A stretch of DNA of 61,045 nucleotides, counting the filler. It is 4 parts of 4 records of this genome, joined end to end, with 100 filler letters (N's around TTAATTAATTAA, not from the genome) between each part and the next. Parts side by side here need not be neighbours in the genome. Positions count along the whole stretch, not along the records: positions 30,521 to 61,045 come from SRR31156797_8004; 3 more parts are not named here. One strand, given 5' to 3'. Position numbers and translations under genes: made by a program. The notes under the pieces are model-generated. The model worked only from the letters and a program-made list of their open reading frames with translations. It ran no database searches and was not told where the DNA came from. Below are positions 51,863 to 60,183 of the stretch, in pieces; positions within the stretch are counted from its first letter, which is position 1; every line of letters starts with the position of its first letter.

Positions 51863-52423
51863 TTACCCGGCAGCAAGAAGTATGGCCCCTGTAACAACAG
51901 CAGCAATCTGTTCATCTGCACCTAATGTCTTTCTGACGATGTTTTCAATAGTGTGCGCGCTTACTTTATTCACTGGTGTTTTGGGCATTACCTGACGCAC
52001 TCTTTCTGCACAATTGATCATCGTGTTAAAGGATTCTACAGCTGGAGCAGCAACCTGTTCGTCTTCCTCAACAGATCCCCCACTCACCCCGATTGATCCA
52101 ACAACCTGATCACCGATACACAAAGGAAAACCGCCACCAAATAATATTAGCCTGCCTTGGTGGGTATTCTGAATTCCATACAGTGGTTGTCCTGGCAGAG
52201 ACAGCTCTCCAAGGGTCCTTGTACTCATCCGGAGAACGGCTGCTGTATAAGCTTTGGAAGCAGCTATTTCCCGGCTTACCGGAAGGGTGCTATCCATGAA
52301 CGTAAAATGAACCATTGATCCTTGGTCATCTGCGATGGCAATTGCCATGGGTACACCCACTTTTACAGCCTCGTGCTCTGCTATTTTGGCTACTATCTGG
52401 GCCACTGTATAAGTGAGTTTCAT
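51863..52423 (-). CDS. GlcG/HbpS-family heme-binding protein with C-terminal extension
   Basis: MAIAIADDQG..SREIAASKAYTA..LYGI..FGGGFP..GVSGGSVEED; ATGA overlap with pduO. Confidence 0.85.
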   Translation of the reverse strand: MKLTYTVAQIVAKIAEHEAVKVGVPMAIAIADDQGSMVHFTFMDSTLPVSREIAASKAYTAAVLRMSTRTLGELSLPGQPLYGIQNTHQGRLILFGGGFPLCIGDQVVGSIGVSGGSVEEDEQVAAPAVESFNTMINCAERVRQVMPKTPVNKVSAHTIENIVRKTLGADEQIAAVVTGAILLAAG

Positions 52424-52983
52424 GGTTTCTCCACTTGAAGAGTTTGCAGTACTGCATCTGTTATCCTAGACTCCACTTCCAATCCCCAGGCCATGATAAA
52501 CAAGAGGTCACTCAGCCGATTGAAATACTGCAGTAACACTTCAAAACTGTTGTGTTCTCTATTAAGGCTGACGATAAGCCTTTCACTGCGCCTGCATACT
52601 GTCCGTGCAACATGGACAGCAGCACTTGTGTTGGATTCCCCTGGTACGACAAAACGAGTTGGTAGGTTGTAAGTAGCTGTGTACTGATCAATCCATAGCT
52701 CTATTTTGGCTACATCCTGCACGGTCAACTGTTTTGCCAGATTCTGAGTATCACCAGCATGGGATAAGGCTGCACTGGCAGTAAAAATATCTTCTTGGAT
52801 TTCGTAGATGACAGGGGCAAATGGATCTCCTTTTGTCAGGGACCTTACCACCCCTAAATGTGCCTGCAGCTCATCAAGTGCTCCATAAGCTTCCACTCGA
52901 GGATCGTCTTTTGCAACTCTCCCTCCACTAAGCAGAGACGTTGTGCCCTTGTCTCCGCCTTTTGTATACACTTTAGCTGCCAT
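52420..52983 (-). CDS. pduO: ATP:cob(I)alamin adenosyltransferase (PduO type)
   Basis: KVYTKGGDKGTT, RVEAYGALDEL, HVARTVCRRSER, NRLSDLLF. Confidence 0.93.
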   Translation of the reverse strand: MAAKVYTKGGDKGTTSLLSGGRVAKDDPRVEAYGALDELQAHLGVVRSLTKGDPFAPVIYEIQEDIFTASAALSHAGDTQNLAKQLTVQDVAKIELWIDQYTATYNLPTRFVVPGESNTSAAVHVARTVCRRSERLIVSLNREHNSFEVLLQYFNRLSDLLFIMAWGLEVESRITDAVLQTLQVEKP

Positions 52984-53005
52984 TATTTACATTTACCCAG
53001 GCTAA

Positions 53006-53275
53006 TCAAACAATATCCAACTGGTCTATGATCCCTACAATGGTTGCATCAACAGGACACTTTTCCTTTTCCACAGCCTTGCTGGCATTACTCCCGGTGG
53101 TGACGATCACTTTTTCGCCTCGTCCAGCTCCAACAGCATCTATTGCAACAATAGGGCTTCCAGCAGGTTTTTGACTCTGGGGGTCCAAAGGTTGGATCAC
53201 CTGAATTTTTGAACCAACCAAGGCCTCATGTTTTTGTGTAGCGACTACTGTTCCAATAACTTCTGCTATGAGCAT
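53006..53275 (-). CDS. pduN: BMC vertex pentamer (EutN/PduN/CcmL)
   Basis: AEVIGTVVATQKH..L.G..VAIDAVGAG.GE.V..VDATIVGIID. Confidence 0.93.
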   Translation of the reverse strand: MLIAEVIGTVVATQKHEALVGSKIQVIQPLDPQSQKPAGSPIVAIDAVGAGRGEKVIVTTGSNASKAVEKEKCPVDATIVGIIDQLDIV

Positions 53276-53312
53276 GACATTGTCTCCTAACGCTTATAAA
53301 AGCAGGATCTGT

Positions 53313-54146
53313 TCACCTCTGGTAAACCGTAATTCGGTTCTGCATTACCAGATCTTTAGCCATTGGAGTGATGATAACTCCCCGCTCACACTCCAAATCG
53401 TAACCACCTCTTGCCGCCTGAGTAACAGCAGTGGCTGTTAAAACCCTTCCCGAAAGACGCCTTGTTGGCCTAGCCAAAGAATCCTGGCTATAAAAAGGAG
53501 TAGTTGATTCAGAGGGGGAATCTGAAGCCTGTTCGGGAAGGGGTCTTTGTGCTGTTTGTTTCAAGCTGGTTTCGAAATATGTTTCAAACCTGCTTATTAC
53601 CTGACTGCTTTCACATACCGCAGCGCCATACTGTTTAACAGTAGATAATCGGTTATGCATGGCCTCTTTGAGATGCTGGGAAGCATTAGAAGGTACTATG
53701 GAGGTGTTACTGACCAAAACAACAGGCTTCTCCCCTTCTGTGATAGCATTGAGCAACAGGTGAGTGTGTGGTGCGTCGGCCATAAGTAGCGACAGTCTCG
53801 ACAATGTGTTCACACTCACCAATGGAACAAGTACCCCGTCTGCACTTCCAAGTTCATCGCTCCATTGACTCCATTGTCCCGTATTCACAGTTTGGATAAA
53901 GGGCAGTCCCTCAAGTTGCTTTTCAACGTTCTCCCGGTAACTGTTACCTGCTGTTGAAGAAAAAAACAAAGGGAGTCTATACCCCTTCATCACCAGCTTT
54001 TTCACAATATCAACAGCACCTGCAACATCACCGCTGCAACCAGTAAAAACAACAAGTAGATTTTGCCTGCTGCCGTCAGCACCAAGCTTTCTGGCAATTC
54101 TGCCTACCACCTGAAGAACTAACCTGTTTATCAGTTCACTATCCAT
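53313..54146 (-). CDS. BMC-associated flavoprotein-like protein (HFCD-type fold) with encapsulation peptide
   Basis: N-terminal MDSELINRLVLQVV; LLVVFTG, ADGVLVP..S.NTLSRL..AD; C-terminal VLT..V..IITPMAKD. Confidence 0.65.
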   Translation of the reverse strand: MDSELINRLVLQVVGRIARKLGADGSRQNLLVVFTGCSGDVAGAVDIVKKLVMKGYRLPLFFSSTAGNSYRENVEKQLEGLPFIQTVNTGQWSQWSDELGSADGVLVPLVSVNTLSRLSLLMADAPHTHLLLNAITEGEKPVVLVSNTSIVPSNASQHLKEAMHNRLSTVKQYGAAVCESSQVISRFETYFETSLKQTAQRPLPEQASDSPSESTTPFYSQDSLARPTRRLSGRVLTATAVTQAARGGYDLECERGVIITPMAKDLVMQNRITVYQR

Positions 54147-54150
54147 TGTC

Positions 54151-55005
54151 TCAATGCACTGTTTCTATATTTGTACGGCTAAATGCCCTGCACCCTAAGG
54201 CAATGCCAAGCGGAGTAACCAGCAATGGATTAAAGGGCTTCACGGTTTCAATACCGGTCTCTTCCTGAATCACGTTTTCAATCTCAGGAAAACAACTTGT
54301 CCCGCCCACCAGATATATTTTCTTAACCGGATGGTTTATCAAGTGGGTGTTGACAATAGTTGCCATTTTTTCAAATACAGGTCTTATCAACTGTAAAACC
54401 TCCTGCTGCCGGTCAGGAGAGCGTTTGATCTGTTCAGCTTCATGCTGTTGGATTCCAAAGTGGCCGGAAAGAACAAGATCAACATGGGTACCACCGGTAG
54501 CTTCATCAGCGGTGTACACAACCTTTCCATGTTCGATAATGGAAATACCCGTTGTACCACCGCCAATATCCACCACCGCACCATCAGTTATATCAAGCAC
54601 CCTAGAAGCTGCAGTCGGTTCATCAAGCATTCCAGAGACCTCAAGCCCTACCGACTCAATCACATGGCCAAAAGCTTTTGCATTGCGCCCTGTCGTCCCT
54701 GGAGGGAAGGCAACTGCAGCATTTTTAAGCGCTACCCCGGAGGCGGCCAGCTGGAGCACCTGTTGCTTTAATATGGAAATAGCGCCCACGTAATCGAGCA
54801 CCAAACCATCACGGACAAAAGACTGACTCCGCGTCAATGCACCAGCTACAGGTACTCCCTGATCATCAACCACAGCAGTAGCTATATATGCAGTGCCCAG
54901 ATCCACACCAGCATGAAGCTCCCCTTGAGAAACACATTGCCCTTCAAGGGCGAGTGTGTTCTCAAAATCTTTGATCAACGTGTTTGCTTTTTCACTGATT
55001 GCCAT
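54151..55005 (-). CDS. eutJ: EutJ (actin/Hsp70-like ATPase)
   Basis: GVDLGTA, VRDGLVLDY.GA, LDEPTAA, VVDIGGGTTG, ADEATGG.H, LVTPLGIA; start MAISEK at 55005. Confidence 0.92.
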   Translation of the reverse strand: MAISEKANTLIKDFENTLALEGQCVSQGELHAGVDLGTAYIATAVVDDQGVPVAGALTRSQSFVRDGLVLDYVGAISILKQQVLQLAASGVALKNAAVAFPPGTTGRNAKAFGHVIESVGLEVSGMLDEPTAASRVLDITDGAVVDIGGGTTGISIIEHGKVVYTADEATGGTHVDLVLSGHFGIQQHEAEQIKRSPDRQQEVLQLIRPVFEKMATIVNTHLINHPVKKIYLVGGTSCFPEIENVIQEETGIETVKPFNPLLVTPLGIALGCRAFSRTNIETVH

Positions 55006-55057
55006 GCTGTAACAACCTTCCAGGGGTAAAGTTAGAGAGTAGGATTTGTATACAGAC

Positions 55058-55684
55058 CTACTTCTTAGCGGCTTCCACACCGGTCACCTTAGCGATTGCA
55101 GCCTCTGCAGCTCCGGCAGCCCGCTCTATGTCGGACTGTCTGCCGCCAAGATACAGACGACCTACAGCACCAAAGACGCGACAGTCAACAAGGGTAACAT
55201 TGGAATTTTTCTCTGCCTCATTAGCTGCAAGAGCAATATAGGCAGCAGGTTGTACTTCAAGGATGTAAAGGTCCTGACCAGGCAAGAGCATGGAAGACAT
55301 CCTGGAAATATTTACCATCTGAGCGTGGTATGGATTTACTTTATTGATGATTTGCGAGCTAAGGACCTTTGGTTTAACCCGGTCAGTCATCTTTTTGCCC
55401 AAGGTCTTGAGCACTGCATCACCAGCATGTTTTACATCTGCCTGCTTTGTTGAATGAAATTCAAGAACGCCGAACACCCTTTCAACAACCATTAGCCCCG
55501 GCTGAACATCGGCGGACTTGACTACGGCATTGGTTATTTCATTAATGAGAACACCAGGAGCTATTTCAATAAATGTTGCAGCCATTCCCGGTACAGGGAT
55601 ATATCCTCTTGCATTGGCGCCAAGGTAGGCTGCAAATTGTGGTTGCAAACGATCAAGGTAAACAAAGGTGCGAAGATCAGTCAT
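55058..55684 (-). CDS. Permuted tandem BMC shell protein of the CcmP/CsoS1D (double-stacking) type
   Basis: DLRTFVYLDRLQPQFA, EIAPG, VVERVFG.LE.H, LEVQPAAY..AANEAEK, FGAVGRLYL.G. Confidence 0.85.
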   Translation of the reverse strand: MTDLRTFVYLDRLQPQFAAYLGANARGYIPVPGMAATFIEIAPGVLINEITNAVVKSADVQPGLMVVERVFGVLEFHSTKQADVKHAGDAVLKTLGKKMTDRVKPKVLSSQIINKVNPYHAQMVNISRMSSMLLPGQDLYILEVQPAAYIALAANEAEKNSNVTLVDCRVFGAVGRLYLGGRQSDIERAAGAAEAAIAKVTGVEAAKK

Positions 55685-55760
55685 TTTTTACTCCTTTTCA
55701 GTGGTATAAATTATCCTTGGTGCAGACTCTTTTCTACTTTCAGGATTTTCTCTTTGCCTG

Positions 55761-56606
55761 TTATTTTTTATCAGTTGGTTTGGTGGTACTTTGCTCAGGA
55801 GAACTGCTACCAGTTGTAGCTTGTCCCTTTTCTGTTGTTTGAGCCGAAGGTGCTGCCGTAGTCTTTGTGGTGGTTGTGGCTTGTCGTTTCCTGACAGGCC
55901 GTTTCCGGCTTGCTACTGCTCTTTTTCGTTGTGCTGTTTTGGTTGCCGATCTTGCCGCGTCAGTTTTTTGAGTTTGTTGAGCACTTTCGGCTGCTGTTTT
56001 GTCCGTTCTTTTTTCAACTTTTCCTGTACCTGTTGCCACTTTCTTATCAGTCGTATCCGTATCATGGACGCCAGCCTCCAAATCTCGGGCTTTAACCTGC
56101 GCAGATGTACTTCGCCCTTGGGTTGCAACCTTTTTACCCGGTGCTTTTTTGGGTGCTGCTGGTTTGGTCGTTGCCTTTTTAACCGGCGCTGCCTTGTGTT
56201 TTGCAGAAACCCTTGTTGCACGTTTTGTGACGGTTCTTTTTGAAACTGGTTTTTTTTTGGTTTCTTCTCGAACAGGAGATACAGCTATTACCTTTTCCTG
56301 ATTGTGAGCTTCAGGAACATCGTCCTGCCCAGTAAAGGGCGATGGAGTAACTTGATCAAAAGCTGCATGTGCTCGGGCAATCACATGGGTCGAAATAACT
56401 TCACCAACAGAGTTAGCAGCTGCGCTACCTGAGGCGACTGCTGCCCTTACAGCGGCTACATCACCTTTAAATGTTATGGTGATAAGTGCAGGCCATGTAA
56501 GTTTACACTCAAGCAGTGATACATTTGCTGCCTTAACTCCTGCATCGGCTGCAGCAATTGCAGGAACCAACCCTCGTGTTTCAATAAGCCCCAAGCTTCC
56601 CTTCAT
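55761..56606 (-). CDS. BMC hexamer shell protein (PduK-like position) with a long Lys/Arg/Thr/Ala-rich C-terminal tail
   Basis: SLGLIETRGLV.AI.AADAGVKAANV..GDVAAV..HVIARAH, then about 190 aa of low-complexity basic tail; TGATG overlap with pduH. Confidence 0.88.
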   Translation of the reverse strand: MKGSLGLIETRGLVPAIAAADAGVKAANVSLLECKLTWPALITITFKGDVAAVRAAVASGSAAANSVGEVISTHVIARAHAAFDQVTPSPFTGQDDVPEAHNQEKVIAVSPVREETKKKPVSKRTVTKRATRVSAKHKAAPVKKATTKPAAPKKAPGKKVATQGRSTSAQVKARDLEAGVHDTDTTDKKVATGTGKVEKRTDKTAAESAQQTQKTDAARSATKTAQRKRAVASRKRPVRKRQATTTTKTTAAPSAQTTEKGQATTGSSSPEQSTTKPTDKK

Positions 56607-57136
56607 CACAAATCCGCCTTTCCTGAATTTAGTTTCTCCACAACTTCAATCACGATTCCAACCAACAGCTCTAAATCGATTTCATCTGCATGGATGAACT
56701 GCTTTTCCCTGCTTTCATGTTCCGTACATCCTGACAACTCGGGATACTCTACCTTTGCTACCACAACCGGCATCAATGGCGTTCCCTTTACAAAACGAGC
56801 AGAGTTAGCCCCTAGCCTGCGCAACGTATCAGGATCAAAAATATCTTCTTTTATCTCAATTAACTTTTTTTCATTGGGTAAATCTCTATGGTGCAGAGCT
56901 GCCTCTCTCAATGTTTCAACCAGTCCAATACCAACACCTAGAGAAGATGCTTTTGCAGCTTCAGCGGCAAGCTCATGTGCTGAGTTTCCCTTAACATGCT
57001 TTACTGCACACGGTATCCCTTCCTCTTCAAGACCAAGCTGAATGAACTTTAACGATTGATCAGATGAAGGGGTTGCAGCATAGATCCAGACAACCGGCAT
57101 GGTTTCAACAATGGTTTGCTGATTTTTTGTTGTCAC
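56606..57136 (-). CDS. pduH: Diol/glycerol dehydratase reactivase small subunit with C-terminal extension
   Basis: LGLEEEGIP, AAKASSLGVGIG, RRLGANSARFVKG.P; GTG start at 57136 after GAGGTG. Confidence 0.88.
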   Translation of the reverse strand: MTTKNQQTIVETMPVVWIYAATPSSDQSLKFIQLGLEEEGIPCAVKHVKGNSAHELAAEAAKASSLGVGIGLVETLREAALHHRDLPNEKKLIEIKEDIFDPDTLRRLGANSARFVKGTPLMPVVVAKVEYPELSGCTEHESREKQFIHADEIDLELLVGIVIEVVEKLNSGKADL

Positions 57137-57140
57137 CTGT

Positions 57141-58958
57141 TCACCTCTGCAAATTTGCAAGCAGCAATCCAGTGGCTACTGCATTTCTCGGCCCTTCTAA
57201 TCCGCGAACATTTGCCCTGCCAATAACCACCCCATATTCCACCAATGCATCTGAAAGCATCTTAGGAATCTCAAAATCCAATGCTGAACCACCTACTAAG
57301 GCTACAAAATCGATGAGACGAATATTGCCATTAGGTGCTACAACACGAAGTGCGCGAAGTGCATTCTGGACAAAAACTTTTTGCTTTGCCTTTCTTCTCA
57401 CTTCCATAATTTTGGGTAGGTGTTCCTGAGGCTCCACGGGAATCATGCCCTCATCAGTTACCACCACCACCCGGCCAAAGAGTCTCGGATCAATGTGTTC
57501 GCTAAAAAACTGAACACTTCCATCTTCATGACGGGCATGAAAAAGTGTTTCTACTTTGGCCAACGGATTTCGTTTAATTTTTTCTGCAAGATCAAGATCA
57601 TGAATACCAAGCTCACGATCTATGAGCAGGGTGACCATGTCTCCTGCCCCGGCAAGGTGTACCCGATTAACCTCCCCTTTAGAGTCAATGATTGAGGCAT
57701 CTGTTGACCCGCCACCTAAGTCCAAAATGGCCAACGGCTTATCTGTCCCCGGTGTGGTCAAAGCACCCATGATGGCCATATCAGCTTCGACACCACCAAC
57801 CTCGACAGGAACCTGCATTTCTTCAACCAGCTTCCTGGCCAGACGCTTCATCGGTAGTAATTGAGTTTCCACCATGGCAGCCAGGCCAACAGCATTACCC
57901 ATGGCAAACTCACCGGCTACCCCACCAGTTACTTTGCGCGGGACAAGGGTATCAACAGCTATAATGTCACGTACTGTTATATCACTGACTGGCTGGTCGG
58001 TAAGCTCAGCCATAACCTTACGAACATTTTCAAACATCCCGCCAACATTGGTCCCTGGCTCTGCCTGGATCTCAACAAGCGGTGCAACCTTGACCACATT
58101 CTCCATCAAAAATTCTGCACCTTCTTCAACCGGGACAACCGCCTTACTTGTTTCACCAACAAGGGTGACCTTTCCTGCTGCAATTCGCCGCTCTTGTATA
58201 TCACCGCGAGGCGTTTTAATAACCACAGCGCTGCGTGTACCCATCAATGCTCTGGAAATAGGTACAACATGGCGGGTTTCTTCTGGAGTAAGGTTAAAAA
58301 GAGTGGCTATATCGTAAGGGTTGGAAAGTTTATCAATACTCTTTCCCTGTTCAGCAACCTCCACCACCGCTTCCATTCCAAGTGGAATCTTATCGATGTA
58401 GCGAACCTCATCTATAATCGGAATAGGTCTCTTCAAGCGGTTATGGATCAATACGCCATCATCTTTTTGGACTATGGCTCCGCTAATATTAAGGTTGTGC
58501 TCCCAAGCCTGATTAAGTAACAGTGCTGCTTTTTCAAAATCTACGCTGCCAGAAACAACAACAATAAAGGTATCTGTTGTGGCAGTGCCAGGCAGGTTTT
58601 CAATATTAATAGTTTTACCGATGCCAAGCCCCAGCCCACCAGGAGTGGATGGGTTATGTCCTATCATGGCCGATTCGGTAATAACGGTCTCGGTGATAGT
58701 TTCCATGGCAACATCGCCTATAACCGGCGTGGCCTCGTTAAGGAGGACCGAGGAAAGCTCTTTTCTTGAAAGAGATGCTTTTCCAAGGGCAAGGTCGAGC
58801 GCATCAATAACACTAAACGCGTTTTTCAACGTTCCCTTGATTCCAGAGGTCCTAACCAGGGAGCTGGAGAGAAAAGTTACCTCTCCACTCTCCCCGACTT
58901 TACCCAAGGCTACTTCTGTAGAATTGTTTCCAATATCCACGCCAGCTACATAGGCCAT
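57141..58958 (-). CDS. pduG: Diol/glycerol dehydratase reactivase large subunit
   Basis: AGVDIGNNSTEVA, NEATPVIGDVAMETITETVITES.MIGHNP.TPGG, LDLGGGSTDA, EGPRNAVATGL. Confidence 0.96.
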   Translation of the reverse strand: MAYVAGVDIGNNSTEVALGKVGESGEVTFLSSSLVRTSGIKGTLKNAFSVIDALDLALGKASLSRKELSSVLLNEATPVIGDVAMETITETVITESAMIGHNPSTPGGLGLGIGKTINIENLPGTATTDTFIVVVSGSVDFEKAALLLNQAWEHNLNISGAIVQKDDGVLIHNRLKRPIPIIDEVRYIDKIPLGMEAVVEVAEQGKSIDKLSNPYDIATLFNLTPEETRHVVPISRALMGTRSAVVIKTPRGDIQERRIAAGKVTLVGETSKAVVPVEEGAEFLMENVVKVAPLVEIQAEPGTNVGGMFENVRKVMAELTDQPVSDITVRDIIAVDTLVPRKVTGGVAGEFAMGNAVGLAAMVETQLLPMKRLARKLVEEMQVPVEVGGVEADMAIMGALTTPGTDKPLAILDLGGGSTDASIIDSKGEVNRVHLAGAGDMVTLLIDRELGIHDLDLAEKIKRNPLAKVETLFHARHEDGSVQFFSEHIDPRLFGRVVVVTDEGMIPVEPQEHLPKIMEVRRKAKQKVFVQNALRALRVVAPNGNIRLIDFVALVGGSALDFEIPKMLSDALVEYGVVIGRANVRGLEGPRNAVATGLLLANLQR

Positions 58959-58971
58959 GTCATGCTACCTC

Positions 58972-59493
58972 TCAGGCTTTTTTTAAGCGGTCCCGATTGC
59001 CGTACACCTCGCACGCTTCGCGTACGAACTCGGCACAAACCGTTGCCTGATATTTGGTTTCCAACTCAGACGCCATGGCCAGCAATTCTTCCCTGGTACT
59101 ACGGTAGGGGCGCAGGGCGTTATACATCTCAAGTACACGCTCATCTGGAATCCGTGTCATTTCCGCAGCCCGCTTCAGGTTTGAAGCGATGGATGAACGA
59201 CCTGCACTTTTTGCTATTTCTGCCTGTTGCTCCAGGGTTTCCGGACGAATCTTCACATCTTCAAACTTAATTTCGCCGGAAACGACCTTTTCAAGGGTAA
59301 TATCAGCAAGCCCTAATCCGCTGGCCGATTTCACCATATCTGGTCGTTTGGTTCCCAGAGGATAATCAGCAACACTGCTTCCAGCCGTACCGGCTGCAGG
59401 TGCTGAGCTCGCAGACGAACCACCGCCCATGGTTGCCATCACACTCTCGACCACACTGGCTATAAGAGCCGGATCAATCTGTTTTTGTGACAT
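58972..59493 (-). CDS. pduE: B12-dependent diol/glycerol dehydratase small subunit
   Basis: DYPL..KRP, ITLEKV, RAAEMT.IPDERVLEMYNALRPYRST. Confidence 0.95.
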   Translation of the reverse strand: MSQKQIDPALIASVVESVMATMGGGSSASSAPAAGTAGSSVADYPLGTKRPDMVKSASGLGLADITLEKVVSGEIKFEDVKIRPETLEQQAEIAKSAGRSSIASNLKRAAEMTRIPDERVLEMYNALRPYRSTREELLAMASELETKYQATVCAEFVREACEVYGNRDRLKKA

Positions 59494-59521
59494 ATCTCTC
59501 TTCCTTATAATGATTCAAAAA

Positions 59522-60160
59522 TTAAACTTGCAGTTCCATTGTTGGGTGGTCCTGCTGTACCAGTTCAACTTCCTTATTGTGCAGGAGAGCTGCAAGTCCC
59601 TGGTACTTGGGCCGTGCCATCGGATCATTTTTCACCGTCACAGGGTTGGGTGTTTCACCCTTTGCATACTTGGCAGCATTACGCCCCATCATGCGAAACG
59701 TTTCCAGTGTTACTAGCGGTGACTGTGAAAACAATTCCAGATTCTGCAAAGGTGGTAGATCTTCCTGATGGATAACACTTGTTCCTCTGGAAATAATACC
59801 GATGCCGATGCCTGAACCACTGAGCTTGGCTGCTTCATGGGAGATAAACCCTACATCCGCTGTCTTGTAGATACGTACAAGACGTGGGGTTAGCCCTTCT
59901 TCTTCAATACCTGCCTTTACTTCTCGCAGTACTTCATTATGGGGAATATTTATGATTGTTTTGGTCATGGTGTTGCCGAATGCCGGCGGAACGGCGACAA
60001 CAACTTCACCTTTATTGGTCCCCTTTGTTGCAGGCCCTATTTCGTTTAGATTCAGGGGTGCAACAGTTTCGGTCGCAGAAGGAGAGGTACTTGTCTCCCC
60101 TTCCATTTGCTCAACGACCTCAAGGATGATCTCTTTCAACATCTCCTGGGAAATATTCAT
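59522..60160 (-). CDS. pduD: B12-dependent diol/glycerol dehydratase medium subunit
   Basis: EVVVAV.PAF, AGIEEEG, LSGSGIGIGI.SRGT, NLELFSQ.PL, DPMARPKYQ. Confidence 0.95.
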   Translation of the reverse strand: MNISQEMLKEIILEVVEQMEGETSTSPSATETVAPLNLNEIGPATKGTNKGEVVVAVPPAFGNTMTKTIINIPHNEVLREVKAGIEEEGLTPRLVRIYKTADVGFISHEAAKLSGSGIGIGIISRGTSVIHQEDLPPLQNLELFSQSPLVTLETFRMMGRNAAKYAKGETPNPVTVKNDPMARPKYQGLAALLHNKEVELVQQDHPTMELQV

Positions 60161-60183
60161 CTTCTACAAACCTCCTGTCCAGG

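Noticed and set aside
55701-55770. Possible frameshift extending the basic BMC tail past its stop via the A-run
   Set aside because: The alternative frame adds only about 18 residues before a stop, and nothing in the sequence supports slippage
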